Under the pieces are notes generated by a model. It had not been told where the DNA came from, did not search any database, and saw nothing but the letters and a program-made list of their open reading frames with translations. From the NCBI GenBank assembly GCA_964507205.1, contig CAZDPC010000001.1:5110-69109 (forward strand): a DNA stretch of 64,000 bases, given 5' to 3'. The translations under genes were made by a program, and so were the position numbers. Each line of letters begins with the position of its first letter. Positions within the stretch are counted from its first letter, which is position 1. This stretch comes from an uncultured Akkermansia sp. GTDB lineage: Bacteria; Verrucomicrobiota; Verrucomicrobiia; Verrucomicrobiales; DEV007. Below, piece by piece: positions 1 to 10,467 of the stretch.

Positions 1-2832
1 TACGCACACGGAACCAGCAATCCATGGGGCGTCGACTTCAACGAGTATGGGGACTTCTTCGTCAGCGCGTGCGTGATCCCGCATTTTTTCCATCTCAGCC
101 GAGGTGGACGCTATTTTCGGCAGGCGGGCCAGCACTTCGATCCCTTCACTTTCGACGACATCAAGACGATCGCGGATCACGACCACTATACCGGCGACAT
201 GCGAATACTCTGGGCCGCCTGGAGGGAGCGCACCGGCACCGAGGACGACGAGGCGGTCAGTTTCACCAACATCGCAGGCGGAGGTCACGCGCACTGCGGT
301 CTCGCCTACTATGATGCTCCGGAGTTTCCTGCGGAGTTCCGACGCCAGATGTATTTCCACAACCTGCATGGACACCGCATCGTGAGGGAAGATCTCGGAC
401 AGGACGGTTCGGGATACCTCGCACGGCATCGACCCGATTTCGTGCTCAGCAATCATCACGACACGATTGGAGTCGGAATCATGCAGGGTCCCGACGGTGC
501 ATTGTATTACTCCGACTGGGTCGACAGCCAGACATGCCATCATCGTGACGTCGAGATCTGGGACCGAAGCAATGGCCGCATCTTCAGAGTCCGCTACGGC
601 GACGTGAAGAACACCGTGACCGAGCTGCTCGACCGCGACGACGCGGAACTTGTCGCCGCGCTGGGTTCCCGGAACACGTTTCACGCTCGCCAGGCTCAGA
701 GAATCCTCCAGGAGCGGGCCGCCACAGCCGTGCTGGACAAACAGGTAGTCAAGGCTGCTCTAGCAAAGTTCGAAGCCGATCACGCCGATGATGTCCCGAT
801 GCGTCTTCGTGCCTTTTGGACGCGACATGTCACTGGCACCCTTGAAAGCGAGCAGACCGTTTCCGCGCTGTCCGATCCGAACGAACACATCCGTGGATGG
901 GCGGTGCAGCTGGCTGGCGACGACGAAAGGTCATTGTCTCGTCTTGCGGAACTGGCGCAGACCGACGAATCCCTCGTCGTCCGCCGCTATCTCGCATCGA
1001 AGCTGCAATCCCTCCCGTTACACCAACGCTGGGACATGGCGCGAGGACTCATCGGCCACAGCCGCAGCCAGTTCGACCGCAATATTCCCTTTCTCGTCTG
1101 GTATGGTGTCGAACCGCTCCTCGAAGCGGATCCGGAAAAGGCCCTCGGTCTCGTCAGCCAAACCTCCTGGCCGATGCTGAAGGATTTCATCACGAGACGA
1201 GCGGCCGTTTTCCCCGAAGGAAGGAACGCGGTGATGTCATCGCTTTCCAAAGCAGGAAATCCGAAGGAATACGTGGAGCAATCGAATCAACTCCTGACCG
1301 CCCTATCGAATCTGCCGCCGGTGGAAAAGCCTGAAGCATGGGGGGATGCGAAGGCGAAGGGAAAGAGCTTCGGGGGACATCCGGAGGCCCAGGATGTCAT
1401 GAGTCGCCTCGGCGCACGATTCGGCGACGCCGAGTTTTTTCCCAAGTGGCGGCAGATTGTGAAAAACGAGAAGGCGAAACAGGCGGACCGAATCGACGCC
1501 ATTGAATTGCTCACGATCGGGAACGATCCGGAACTGGGAACCCTCGCCCGGGACGCCCTCGCATTCCCCCCGCTCCGCCCCGCCGCCGTTGCAGCACTCC
1601 GGCAAGCTCCCGGACTCGACACCGCGAGAGCGCTCGTTGAAATTCTACCGAAGCTGCCGCTCAAGCAGCGCAACGAAGCGATCAACCTTCTCGCTACCCG
1701 CCCGGAGATGGCGCTTGTTCTCCTGGAAGCCGTCGATTCGAAGAAACTCGAGCCGTCGCTGGTGTCGCCCGTGATGCTGGCTCAATTCGAGCGGTTCGAG
1801 AATGAGAAAGTTACAGCGCTGGTCGACAAAAACTGGGTCCGAGGAGGGGCCGAGATCGATCTCGCGAAGCTTTCGTCCGAGATTGAAAAATGGAAGAACC
1901 GGCTCAATCCGAAGGTGATGGAGAAAGCCGACGCCGCTCGTGGTCGCCAGGTTTTTACCACCACCTGTGGAACCTGCCACCAACTCTTCGGGGAGGGCAT
2001 CGCCCTGGGTCCCGACCTCACCGGGTCAAATCGCTCCGATCTTGGCTATCTCCTCGAGAACGTTCTCTCTCCCAGCTCGGTGGTGGCGAAAGACTACATG
2101 CTGAACGTCTTCACGATGAAGGACGGTTCGACTCTCAGCGGGATGATCCGCTCCGAGACGCCTGAATTCGTGACTCTATCGATGCCGGGCGGCGCGCAGA
2201 CCGACGTGAAGAAGTCCGAGATCGAGAAGCACGAGGAGGTGCCTCAATCGCTGATGCCAGCGGGACTCTTTGACACCCTTCCACTTCCGCATGTCGCAGA
2301 TCTGGTGAAGTACCTCGGAAGCGCGAACCAGATACCACTTCCCGGCGAAAACGAAAGGGCAGAAGCGGATACCAGCAGCGTTCCGCCACCTGCCAACGGC
2401 GTCCTCCGCATCGAAGGCGAGTCCCTCGTCGAAGGAACGAAGCCCCCACGCGGGGATGTGAGGCCGCAAGAAATGAGCGGATTCGGCCCCGGTTGGTCGG
2501 GCAGTTCCCATCTCTGGTGGACTGGTGGCCGGCCCGGCGACGTCCTCGTGCTCAAGCTGGAGGGAATCGAACCCGGAACCAGGAATCTGACAATCTTCCC
2601 AACGACTGCCAAGGACTACGCCACCGCAAAAATTGCCGTCAACGGCCAGCTACGCGAGGCGGACTTCTACACCCCGGAAGTGCTCCCTGGCGAACCGATT
2701 CGGTTCGACAAGGTGAACGTCAGCCCCGGCCAGCCACTCCAGATCGACATTCATATCACGGGAGCAAATGACTCGGCGCTCCCCCGTTACATGATTGGCA
2801 TCGACCGGATCGAAGTGGAAGGGACGAAATGA
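1..2832 (+). CDS. PVC-type heme-binding CxxCH protein (beta-propeller dehydrogenase-like + HEAT repeats + cytochrome c + C-terminal beta-sandwich); 5'-truncated by window
   Basis: Frame is open from base 1 (YAHGTSNPWGVDFNEYGDFF...). Contains GGHAHCG, GPDGALYYSDW and GRIFRV propeller motifs, CGTCH...GPDLTG heme c site and the QSLMP axial-Met motif. Confidence 0.88.
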   Translation, partial: YAHGTSNPWGVDFNEYGDFFVSACVIPHFFHLSRGGRYFRQAGQHFDPFTFDDIKTIADHDHYTGDMRILWAAWRERTGTEDDEAVSFTNIAGGGHAHCGLAYYDAPEFPAEFRRQMYFHNLHGHRIVREDLGQDGSGYLARHRPDFVLSNHHDTIGVGIMQGPDGALYYSDWVDSQTCHHRDVEIWDRSNGRIFRVRYGDVKNTVTELLDRDDAELVAALGSRNTFHARQAQRILQERAATAVLDKQVVKAALAKFEADHADDVPMRLRAFWTRHVTGTLESEQTVSALSDPNEHIRGWAVQLAGDDERSLSRLAELAQTDESLVVRRYLASKLQSLPLHQRWDMARGLIGHSRSQFDRNIPFLVWYGVEPLLEADPEKALGLVSQTSWPMLKDFITRRAAVFPEGRNAVMSSLSKAGNPKEYVEQSNQLLTALSNLPPVEKPEAWGDAKAKGKSFGGHPEAQDVMSRLGARFGDAEFFPKWRQIVKNEKAKQADRIDAIELLTIGNDPELGTLARDALAFPPLRPAAVAALRQAPGLDTARALVEILPKLPLKQRNEAINLLATRPEMALVLLEAVDSKKLEPSLVSPVMLAQFERFENEKVTALVDKNWVRGGAEIDLAKLSSEIEKWKNRLNPKVMEKADAARGRQVFTTTCGTCHQLFGEGIALGPDLTGSNRSDLGYLLENVLSPSSVVAKDYMLNVFTMKDGSTLSGMIRSETPEFVTLSMPGGAQTDVKKSEIEKHEEVPQSLMPAGLFDTLPLPHVADLVKYLGSANQIPLPGENERAEADTSSVPPPANGVLRIEGESLVEGTKPPRGDVRPQEMSGFGPGWSGSSHLWWTGGRPGDVLVLKLEGIEPGTRNLTIFPTTAKDYATAKIAVNGQLREADFYTPEVLPGEPIRFDKVNVSPGQPLQIDIHITGANDSALPRYMIGIDRIEVEGTK

Positions 2833-4538
2833 CGAAAGATCCGAAGCCACGAATATTCAAGAAAGTCCCGAAGGAGAAATTCGAATGCCGTTTCTCCTCG
2901 ATTCCGGGAATATCGAGTTTCCGGATTCTGGCTTTCTTCGTTTTCGGGTTTTCGGGTATTTCTGCATCCGCCGAGCGCCAGCCAAACATCGTTCTCATCT
3001 TCGCCGACGACCTCGGCTACGGCGATGTCGGCTGCTATGGAGCGACGCATGTGGACACGCCACACATAGACAGTCTCGCTGCCGAGGGACGTCGTTTCAC
3101 TGACGCGCATTCCGCATCAGCGACGTGCAGTCCATCCCGGTACGCACTCCTCACCGGACGCTACCCGGCACGGGAAAACCTGTTCAGTCCCGTTTTTCTG
3201 CGAACTCCGCTCATTATCGACCCTGATCGCACCACCATCGCCGACCTCGCGAAAGAGCAGGGCTACGCCACCGCCTGCATCGGCAAATGGCACCTTGGCT
3301 GGGGCGACCAGAATCCGGTCGATTGGAACGTGCCGCTCAAACCGGGCCCCAACCAACTCGGGTTCGATTACTACTACGGAATTCCCGTGGTCAACAGCCA
3401 CGCCCCGTTCGTCTATGTTGAGAATGACAGAGTTGTCGGCCTCACCTCGGAAGATCCACTCGTCTACGGCAGGGATTCCGTGACCCGGGATGACTTCGAC
3501 GAGAAGATGCAGATCAGGGGCACGATCGGAGGAGCCGATGCGGCCCATCGCCTTTACGATGACGAAGCCGTGGGAACTGTCCTCACCGAAAAGGCGACTG
3601 GTTGGATTCGCGAGCAAGCCACCTCCGAAAAACCATTCCTCCTCTACTTTGCGACGACTAACATCCACCATCCCTTCACCCCGGCGAAGCGATTCAGGGG
3701 CACGAGCCGGGCCGGAATCTACGGCGATTTCATCCATGAACTGGACTGGATTGTCGGCGAGGTGGTGAAGACCCTGGAAGAAGCAGGAGTCGCCGGAGAG
3801 ACTCTGATCGTCTTCACAAGTGACAACGGAGGAATGCTCAATCGCGGAGGGCAGGAAGCCCGGCGACTCGGCCACAAGAAAAATGGAGATTTGTTGGGCT
3901 TCAAATTCGATGTCTGGGAAGGCGGTCACCGGGTTCCCTTCATCGTGAAGTGGCCAGACACGATCCCCGCCGGGACCGAGTCGGGTGCCCTTGTTTCGAA
4001 CGTCGATCTCATGGCCACTCTCGGGGAAATTTTCGAACGCCCTCTTGGCACCGACGAAGGCGAGGACTCCTTCAGCCTCCTTCCAGCATTCACCGGTGAA
4101 GCGGGAACCGAAGTTCGTGAACATCTTCTCTACGCTCCCTCGAGGAAGTCGCATCTCGGATTACGCTCCGGCGATTGGGTCTATATTCCGACCCAGGGTC
4201 ACGGAGGGTTCGGTGGGAAAAGTGTCGGCGATCATGGTCTGGGTGGAGCGGCCGCCCATCCTTTCACCGGCCACGTTCACAGCGACATCGAGAACGGCAG
4301 ATACAAGCCCGACGCCCCGAAACAACAACTCTACCATCTCGGGGAAGATCCAAACCAAACAAAGAACGTCATCCGAGATCACCCCGAGATCGCAAAGGCG
4401 CTGGCGGCTGAACTTCGGGAAATCCTCGCGCATCCCACCGCGCCCCATGCCCGAACCGTAAATGCGGCCGACATCTCCGTTTCCAATCAGAAATCCGCCA
4501 CTCTGGTGGAATCAGTCGTCCGAGGGAACCGCGAATGA
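2829..4538 (+). CDS. Arylsulfatase (formylglycine-dependent S1, Cys-type), secreted
   Basis: PNIVLIFADDLGYGD, CSPSRYALLTGR, GKWHLG, FTSDNG; ATGA overlap with the upstream stop. Confidence 0.93.
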   Translation: MTKDPKPRIFKKVPKEKFECRFSSIPGISSFRILAFFVFGFSGISASAERQPNIVLIFADDLGYGDVGCYGATHVDTPHIDSLAAEGRRFTDAHSASATCSPSRYALLTGRYPARENLFSPVFLRTPLIIDPDRTTIADLAKEQGYATACIGKWHLGWGDQNPVDWNVPLKPGPNQLGFDYYYGIPVVNSHAPFVYVENDRVVGLTSEDPLVYGRDSVTRDDFDEKMQIRGTIGGADAAHRLYDDEAVGTVLTEKATGWIREQATSEKPFLLYFATTNIHHPFTPAKRFRGTSRAGIYGDFIHELDWIVGEVVKTLEEAGVAGETLIVFTSDNGGMLNRGGQEARRLGHKKNGDLLGFKFDVWEGGHRVPFIVKWPDTIPAGTESGALVSNVDLMATLGEIFERPLGTDEGEDSFSLLPAFTGEAGTEVREHLLYAPSRKSHLGLRSGDWVYIPTQGHGGFGGKSVGDHGLGGAAAHPFTGHVHSDIENGRYKPDAPKQQLYHLGEDPNQTKNVIRDHPEIAKALAAELREILAHPTAPHARTVNAADISVSNQKSATLVESVVRGNRE

Positions 4539-5851
4539 ACCGCCTCCTTGCTCTCGCCGTTTTCGTTTCCCTGCGGGTGGCCTCCGCCGTCGAATCGCCG
4601 AACATCATTCTCATCTTCGTCGACGACCTCGGATACGGAGACCTCGGTTGCTATGGAAACGAGGAGATCGACACGCCGAATATCGATCGCCTTGCTGCGG
4701 AGGGTCAGCGCTGGACGAGTTTCTACGCATCCGGATCATCCTGCGTTCCGAGCAGGCGGGGACTCATGAGCGGACGGCACCCCGCCCTCCTCGGCGACCA
4801 GCCCATCGGGACGAAACAACGCGATGCGCTGCTGCCGGCGATGCTCAACCGAAATGGCTATTCCACCGCCATTCTCGGCAAATGGCACCTCGCGGGCTAC
4901 CCGGAGGATTTCGCGACCACCCCGATGCACCCGCTGAATTGTGGTTTCGATTCCCACTTTGGAACACCCGGCAGCAACGATGCGCCGGGACCGCCGCTGC
5001 AGACGCGCGAGGCCTTCGACAACGCTACCAGTTCGACGTGGGAAATCCCTCTCTTTGAAGGCCGGGAGCTTTTCGAGAAACCGGCGAATCAATCGCTTTT
5101 CACGAAGCGCTATACCGAACGCGCCGTCCGGTGGATCGAGGAGAAAAGGGATGAAACGTTTTTCCTCTACCTCGCCCACAATATGCCCCACGTTCCCATC
5201 TTCGCCTCCGAGGCATTCCGGGGAAGAAGCGCAGGCGGAACCTTCGGCGACGTCGTCGAGGAGATCGACTGGTCGGTCGGCCAAGTGATGCAGGCGGTGG
5301 AAGAGACCGGTCTCGATGAGAAAACATTGATCGTCTTCACGAGCGACAACGGCCCCTGGTCCGTTTTTGGACCCCACGGGGGAACGGCGAAACCGTTGCG
5401 TGGTGAAAAATCAACCCTCTGGGAAGGCGGCGTTCGCGTCCCTGGCATCTTCCGCTGGCCCGGCAGGATCAAACCCCGCGTGGTCGAGGGCATCGGTGCA
5501 AACCTCGACCTCTACGCGACCTTCGCCGCCCTCATCGGCGCCGATGTCCCCTCGGACAAGCCGGGGTTCCAATCCATCGACCTAGGTCCGTCGTTGTTCG
5601 AAGGAAGCCCAAGTCCTCGCGAAAGTTGGTTCTATGGTCATGGCGTCTTTCGATCCGGGAAATACAAGATTCACGAGGTCACTCATTTTCCGACCAATCC
5701 GGAAACGCGGAAAAAGACTCCTTCGGAAAAACACGATCCTCCGTTACTCTTCGATCTGGAGGCCGACATCGGAGAACAAACCGATATCGCCTCGGAAAAC
5801 CCCGACGTGGTCGCTCGTCTTCAGACGGAAATGAAACAGGCGGCCCGCTAA
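4535..5851 (+). CDS. Arylsulfatase (S1, Cys-type), secreted
   Basis: Signal peptide, PNIILIFVDDLGYGD, CVPSRRGLMSGR, GKWHL, SDNGP; ATGA overlap. Confidence 0.93.
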   Translation: MNRLLALAVFVSLRVASAVESPNIILIFVDDLGYGDLGCYGNEEIDTPNIDRLAAEGQRWTSFYASGSSCVPSRRGLMSGRHPALLGDQPIGTKQRDALLPAMLNRNGYSTAILGKWHLAGYPEDFATTPMHPLNCGFDSHFGTPGSNDAPGPPLQTREAFDNATSSTWEIPLFEGRELFEKPANQSLFTKRYTERAVRWIEEKRDETFFLYLAHNMPHVPIFASEAFRGRSAGGTFGDVVEEIDWSVGQVMQAVEETGLDEKTLIVFTSDNGPWSVFGPHGGTAKPLRGEKSTLWEGGVRVPGIFRWPGRIKPRVVEGIGANLDLYATFAALIGADVPSDKPGFQSIDLGPSLFEGSPSPRESWFYGHGVFRSGKYKIHEVTHFPTNPETRKKTPSEKHDPPLLFDLEADIGEQTDIASENPDVVARLQTEMKQAAR

Positions 5852-5864
5852 CGTTTCACTCCCC

Positions 5865-8426
5865 ATGACATCCCGAAATCTTGCTCTGCTCCTGGTCACC
5901 TTCTTCATCGGGGTCGGTGGTCCGATCCTCTTTTCGCAGCAACCCAAACCCAAGCCCGCTCCGAAGAATGAGGCGAAGGCCAAGAAAAAGAAAGAACGCA
6001 GCGGAGTCGCGATGCCGCTTGCGTCGGCGAAGGTCGAGATAAGGAAAACCGGGCATCAATACGATCTCCCTGCCTCCGCCACCGGTCCGAGCGGAGAAAT
6101 ATACGTCGCCTACGTAGATCATGACGGAACGTCCGATCAACTGCGCACTACGAAAATCGATTCGCCGTTGGCCAATGCAACCGCCCTCGGCGAACCCGGC
6201 ATCATCCATCACCCGGCGATCACCGTCGACGCCCAGGGCGACGCCTGGTGCTTCTGGGGAAGAACGGGAGACGACGATACGGTCGACCTGCTCGGTTGCA
6301 GGGTAACCGCCGAAGGCCCGGGAGATTCCTTCGTCGTCTCCGATACCGGCGGCTCGGAGTCGTTCGCCGATGCAGGCACCGATAGTGAAGGTCGCGTCTG
6401 GGTAGCCTGGCAATCATCCCGCAATCATCGTCCTGACATTTACACAAAACATTACACTCCGGGCAATGAAACATGGTCCGACGAAATCCGCGTTTCGGGG
6501 AGCGAGGCGGGCGACTGGGAACCAGCTCTCGCTTTCGACCGTGGTGGGAACGCCTGGCTTGCCTACGACTCGGCAGAGGGGAACGAGTTCAACATCAACC
6601 TCGCCCTCGTTTCCGCCAACGGGGACGTCGAAACCTTCCCGATCGCCCATTCGCCACAATACGAAGCCCGCGCCTCCATCGCTTCCGCCGCCGACGGCAG
6701 TGGTTTCTGGATCGCCGCCGAGCGCGGCAAGGTTCGTTGGGGTTTGGACAGTCGCGGCCACGGAAACAACACGGGAATCAATGCCCGGAAATCCGTTCTC
6801 TTCGGAAAATTCGACGTCGATTCCGGCAAATTCGAAACCGTTCCCCTCGGCCATGCCGGTCAACTGGGGGCCCCGGTAAATCTTCCCGAGGTCGGCGTCT
6901 CACCGGACGGTCGACCCTGGGTCGCCTATCGTTACTTCGAGAAGACACTCTGGCGCATAGGCCTGACCCGTTACGATCCCGCCACAAACGAATGGTCCTC
7001 CCGACGCTATCTCGAAGACAGTTCCTTCGGACAGGACCGCTCTTCCCATTTTCTGACTACCGATGACGGGGGGCTTTGGCTTTGCTGGACGTCCGATCTT
7101 CGCGAAAACAAGACTCCGAAAGAGGCGGGAATCTACCTTGCAGCCATCGCCCCGGACATCGATTTGCCTTCCGCGACATCCGGCGGCAAGGAAGTCGGGG
7201 AAACTCTCGACGAACCGTTTCCACCTTCGCATGGATCGGCCGAACGACGATTCGAGAGCCGACACACATGGGAGGTTGACGGGGAAACATACTCGCTCCA
7301 CTGGGGTGACGTCCATCGCCACACCGATGTCTCGAACTGCCGCACGGGATTCGACGGCTGCATCGTCGAGCATTTTCGCTATGCCTACGACATCGGTAAA
7401 CTCGACTTCCTCGGAACCTCCGACCACACCGACGTCGGCAAGACCTACTCGCCCTACGAATGGTGGCATAACCAGAAAATGCACGACGCCTTTCACACTC
7501 CGACCAGATTCAATTCACTTTACGTCTACGAGCGCGAACAAAAGTGGCCGTGGGGACACCGCAACGTGGTCTTTGCAGAACGCGGCGGACCCGTCGTTTA
7601 CATCAACCGCAATACGTACCGTCAATCGATCTGGCAGGAATCACTGCCCGTGAAAGCGGGAGTTAACGAGATCCTTCCCTCCGATCTCTGGGATGTTCTC
7701 AAGCGGAGCGGGAAGAACGTCGCTCTCGTCAGCCATACCGGCGCGACTCGCATGGGAACCGATTGGCATCAGTATGAGGGGGACGAGATCGACTACGACA
7801 TCGAGACGCTCGTGGAGATCTTCCAGGGTGCTCGCGTCAGTTACGAGGCCCAGGGCGCCCCCCAGCCAACCGTCGGATTGAAGGACGGCGAAGAATACAC
7901 CGTCAGTGGCAACGCCGAAGGTGCCGCAATGCCTCCGGCACCGGTCGACGACTTCAACGAATACAACAACGGCACCTACCAGACCGCACTGGAGCTCGGT
8001 CACAAACTCGGCGTTTTCGCCAGTTCCGACCACATTTCCACCCACGTCAGCTACGGCGGTGTCTTCTGCAAGGAGTTTACCCGCGACGGGATCATCGAAG
8101 GTTTCAAGGCTCGCCGCACGATCGCCGCGACCGACAAGATCTATCTCGATTTCACCTGCAACGGAAAACCACTCGGTTCGATTTTCGATTCCTCGGAGAA
8201 TCCGAAGCTCTGGTTCAAAGTCGACGGCACGACCCGGCTGAAACGGGTCACGATCGTTCGCAACGAGAAGAATTGGAAGACATATGAGAACTTCGCTGGA
8301 AACATGGCCGAAGAAACCGTCATCGACGACTCTCCCCTTACCGGGGTGAATCGATATTACGTCCGAGTCGAGCAAGTCGACGGGAATATGGCTTGGTCTT
8401 CGCCTGTCTGGGTGACGCTCAAATAG
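5865..8426 (+). CDS. Secreted protein: N-terminal beta-propeller-like repeats + C-terminal PHP-like metallohydrolase (DUF3604/CehA-McbA-like)
   Basis: Signal peptide; repeated P..A.D..G..W..W blades; WGDVHRHT, GTSDH, GHRN and ASSDH metal-ligand motifs; C-terminal YYVRVEQ.DG..AWSSP. Confidence 0.7.
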   Translation: MTSRNLALLLVTFFIGVGGPILFSQQPKPKPAPKNEAKAKKKKERSGVAMPLASAKVEIRKTGHQYDLPASATGPSGEIYVAYVDHDGTSDQLRTTKIDSPLANATALGEPGIIHHPAITVDAQGDAWCFWGRTGDDDTVDLLGCRVTAEGPGDSFVVSDTGGSESFADAGTDSEGRVWVAWQSSRNHRPDIYTKHYTPGNETWSDEIRVSGSEAGDWEPALAFDRGGNAWLAYDSAEGNEFNINLALVSANGDVETFPIAHSPQYEARASIASAADGSGFWIAAERGKVRWGLDSRGHGNNTGINARKSVLFGKFDVDSGKFETVPLGHAGQLGAPVNLPEVGVSPDGRPWVAYRYFEKTLWRIGLTRYDPATNEWSSRRYLEDSSFGQDRSSHFLTTDDGGLWLCWTSDLRENKTPKEAGIYLAAIAPDIDLPSATSGGKEVGETLDEPFPPSHGSAERRFESRHTWEVDGETYSLHWGDVHRHTDVSNCRTGFDGCIVEHFRYAYDIGKLDFLGTSDHTDVGKTYSPYEWWHNQKMHDAFHTPTRFNSLYVYEREQKWPWGHRNVVFAERGGPVVYINRNTYRQSIWQESLPVKAGVNEILPSDLWDVLKRSGKNVALVSHTGATRMGTDWHQYEGDEIDYDIETLVEIFQGARVSYEAQGAPQPTVGLKDGEEYTVSGNAEGAAMPPAPVDDFNEYNNGTYQTALELGHKLGVFASSDHISTHVSYGGVFCKEFTRDGIIEGFKARRTIAATDKIYLDFTCNGKPLGSIFDSSENPKLWFKVDGTTRLKRVTIVRNEKNWKTYENFAGNMAEETVIDDSPLTGVNRYYVRVEQVDGNMAWSSPVWVTLK

Positions 8427-8427
8427 G

Positions 8428-10467
8428 TCACTCGTGCCGCAAGGCCTCGACCGGCTTGAGCTTCGCCGCTCGCAGGGCCGGATAGAGTCCGAAAACAACT
8501 CCCGTCACCACCGAGATCGAAAGAGCCAGGCCCGGCGCCCAAGGCTTTACCACCGTCATCATTCCGCTGAAGTGCGTCACCATCGCCGGGATGGTCAACC
8601 CGAGGCCTATGCCGATCATCCCCCCGATCCCGGAGAGCAAAGTCGCCTCGACCAGAAACTGTGTCGTGATGTCGCGGCGCCGCCCGCCCAGCGCACGCCG
8701 GATCCCGATCTCCCGAGTCCGTTCCGTCACGCTCGCGAGCATGATATTCATGATCCCGATTCCACCGACAACGAGACTGATGGTCGCGATCGAACCGAGA
8801 ACGATAGTGAAAATCCTCTTCGTCTGTTCCGCTTGCTGCAGCAACTCAACCGGGACGATCACGCTGAAGTCTGGCTCGTCGTGATTCGATTCGAGCAGGT
8901 GCCGGACCGCGTTTGCCTTGGACTCGACCTGGGTCGGTTCCTCGACAACGACGGTCACTTCGTGGAATTCCACTTTCTCCGCCTCGAAACTCCCGGTGCG
9001 CCTCTTGAAAATGACGTCGCCGTATCGCTCCAGCATCGTCTCGAGCGGGATATACATTTCGTAGTTCCCCTGATCAGCCCGTGCCTCGCTTCCGGGCAAT
9101 GCCGTGGCCGAGTCGATGATTCCGATCACGCGGTAGTACGTGTCCGCCAGTTTAACAGAACTCCCAACGACTGGATCGAGCGGAAACAGTTTCTCCGCCG
9201 CTTCGCGATTCAGGACACACACGTTGCGCCTCTCCTCCATCTCCAGCAGGTTGAAGAAACGTCCCTCGCTTAATTTCCGGTTCCGCATCTTCGGGAAAAT
9301 CGGTAGCACCCCGGAAACACGGACGTCGATCCGCCTCGTCTTGTGGACAGCATAGTCGCTCACCTCCCGATTCGGAACGACCATCGAGATCCCGGGAATC
9401 GTGGCCAGCATTTGCCTGACATCGCGCGCGGTGACACCGTATTCACTGACGAATCCACGCCCGGATGCGGAATCCGTTTTCCCGGGTGGCTTCACACTTC
9501 GCACGATTACATTCTGGCTGCCCAGCTTCCGAATCTGCTCCTGAGCTTCGAAGCTGGCCCCCTCTCCGATCGCCAACATCGCGATGACCGACGACACGCC
9601 AAAAACGATCCCGAGTGCCGTCAGCAACGACCTCAACTTGTGAAGCCACAAGCTTTTCATTCCCAGAAGGAGGCTGCGCTTCATATTCAGCGACGGAATG
9701 AGCGATTTCCTGGTCAGCGCCTTGCGATACCCGCCTTCGCTGTCGTTTGAATCATCGCTTTTCTTCGTATCGATCCGCTCCTCTTTCTCAATCTTTCCAT
9801 CTCGCAGGCGAACGACGCGATTGCCCCGGCGGGCCATTTCCTCATCGTGGGTCACGAAAATGAGGGTCTTTCCCTCCTCGTTCAGTTCTTTGAAGATTCG
9901 CAGAATCTCCTCGCCCGATTTCGTGTCGAGATTTCCAGTCGCTTCATCCGCCAGAATCACGAGAGGATCATTCGCAAGTGCACGAGCAATAGCGACACGC
10001 TGCTGCTGACCACCCGATAGCTCGGCGGGCCGATGCCAGATTCGGTCTCCCAGGCCGACCCGTTCCGCCAGGCGCAGGGCTCGCTCCCGGCTCTCCTGCT
10101 CGGACAATCCGCGATAGAACATGGGCACTTCGATATTCTCCAGAACAGTCAGCTGCGGGATCAGATTGTAGGACTGAAAGATGAATCCGAGCCGACGCCC
10201 GCGCACTTCGGAGAGAGTGTCGTCATCGAGGTCCGAAACGTTCTCTCCACCCAGGAAATAGTCGCCATCGGTCGGTTGATCGAGACACCCCAGCAAGTTG
10301 AGCATGGTCGATTTGCCGCAACCCGACGGCCCCATGATACAAAGGTAGTCGCCCCTCTCTACAGTCAGCGAGACCCCGTCGAGTGCCCTCACCTCCGTCT
10401 CGCCCATGCGGTAGGAGCGACACACATCGTACAACCCGATGATCGCTTCGTCGTGACCGGACATCAC
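8428..10467 (-). CDS. macB: MacB-family ABC exporter (fused ATPase + FtsX-like permease)
   Basis: Walker A GPSGCGKST, LSGGQQQRVAIARAL, ILADE; GGIGIMNIMLASVTERTREIGIRRALG; start overlaps the adaptor stop. Confidence 0.9.
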   Translation of the reverse strand: MMSGHDEAIIGLYDVCRSYRMGETEVRALDGVSLTVERGDYLCIMGPSGCGKSTMLNLLGCLDQPTDGDYFLGGENVSDLDDDTLSEVRGRRLGFIFQSYNLIPQLTVLENIEVPMFYRGLSEQESRERALRLAERVGLGDRIWHRPAELSGGQQQRVAIARALANDPLVILADEATGNLDTKSGEEILRIFKELNEEGKTLIFVTHDEEMARRGNRVVRLRDGKIEKEERIDTKKSDDSNDSEGGYRKALTRKSLIPSLNMKRSLLLGMKSLWLHKLRSLLTALGIVFGVSSVIAMLAIGEGASFEAQEQIRKLGSQNVIVRSVKPPGKTDSASGRGFVSEYGVTARDVRQMLATIPGISMVVPNREVSDYAVHKTRRIDVRVSGVLPIFPKMRNRKLSEGRFFNLLEMEERRNVCVLNREAAEKLFPLDPVVGSSVKLADTYYRVIGIIDSATALPGSEARADQGNYEMYIPLETMLERYGDVIFKRRTGSFEAEKVEFHEVTVVVEEPTQVESKANAVRHLLESNHDEPDFSVIVPVELLQQAEQTKRIFTIVLGSIATISLVVGGIGIMNIMLASVTERTREIGIRRALGGRRRDITTQFLVEATLLSGIGGMIGIGLGLTIPAMVTHFSGMMTVVKPWAPGLALSISVVTGVVFGLYPALRAAKLKPVEALRHE

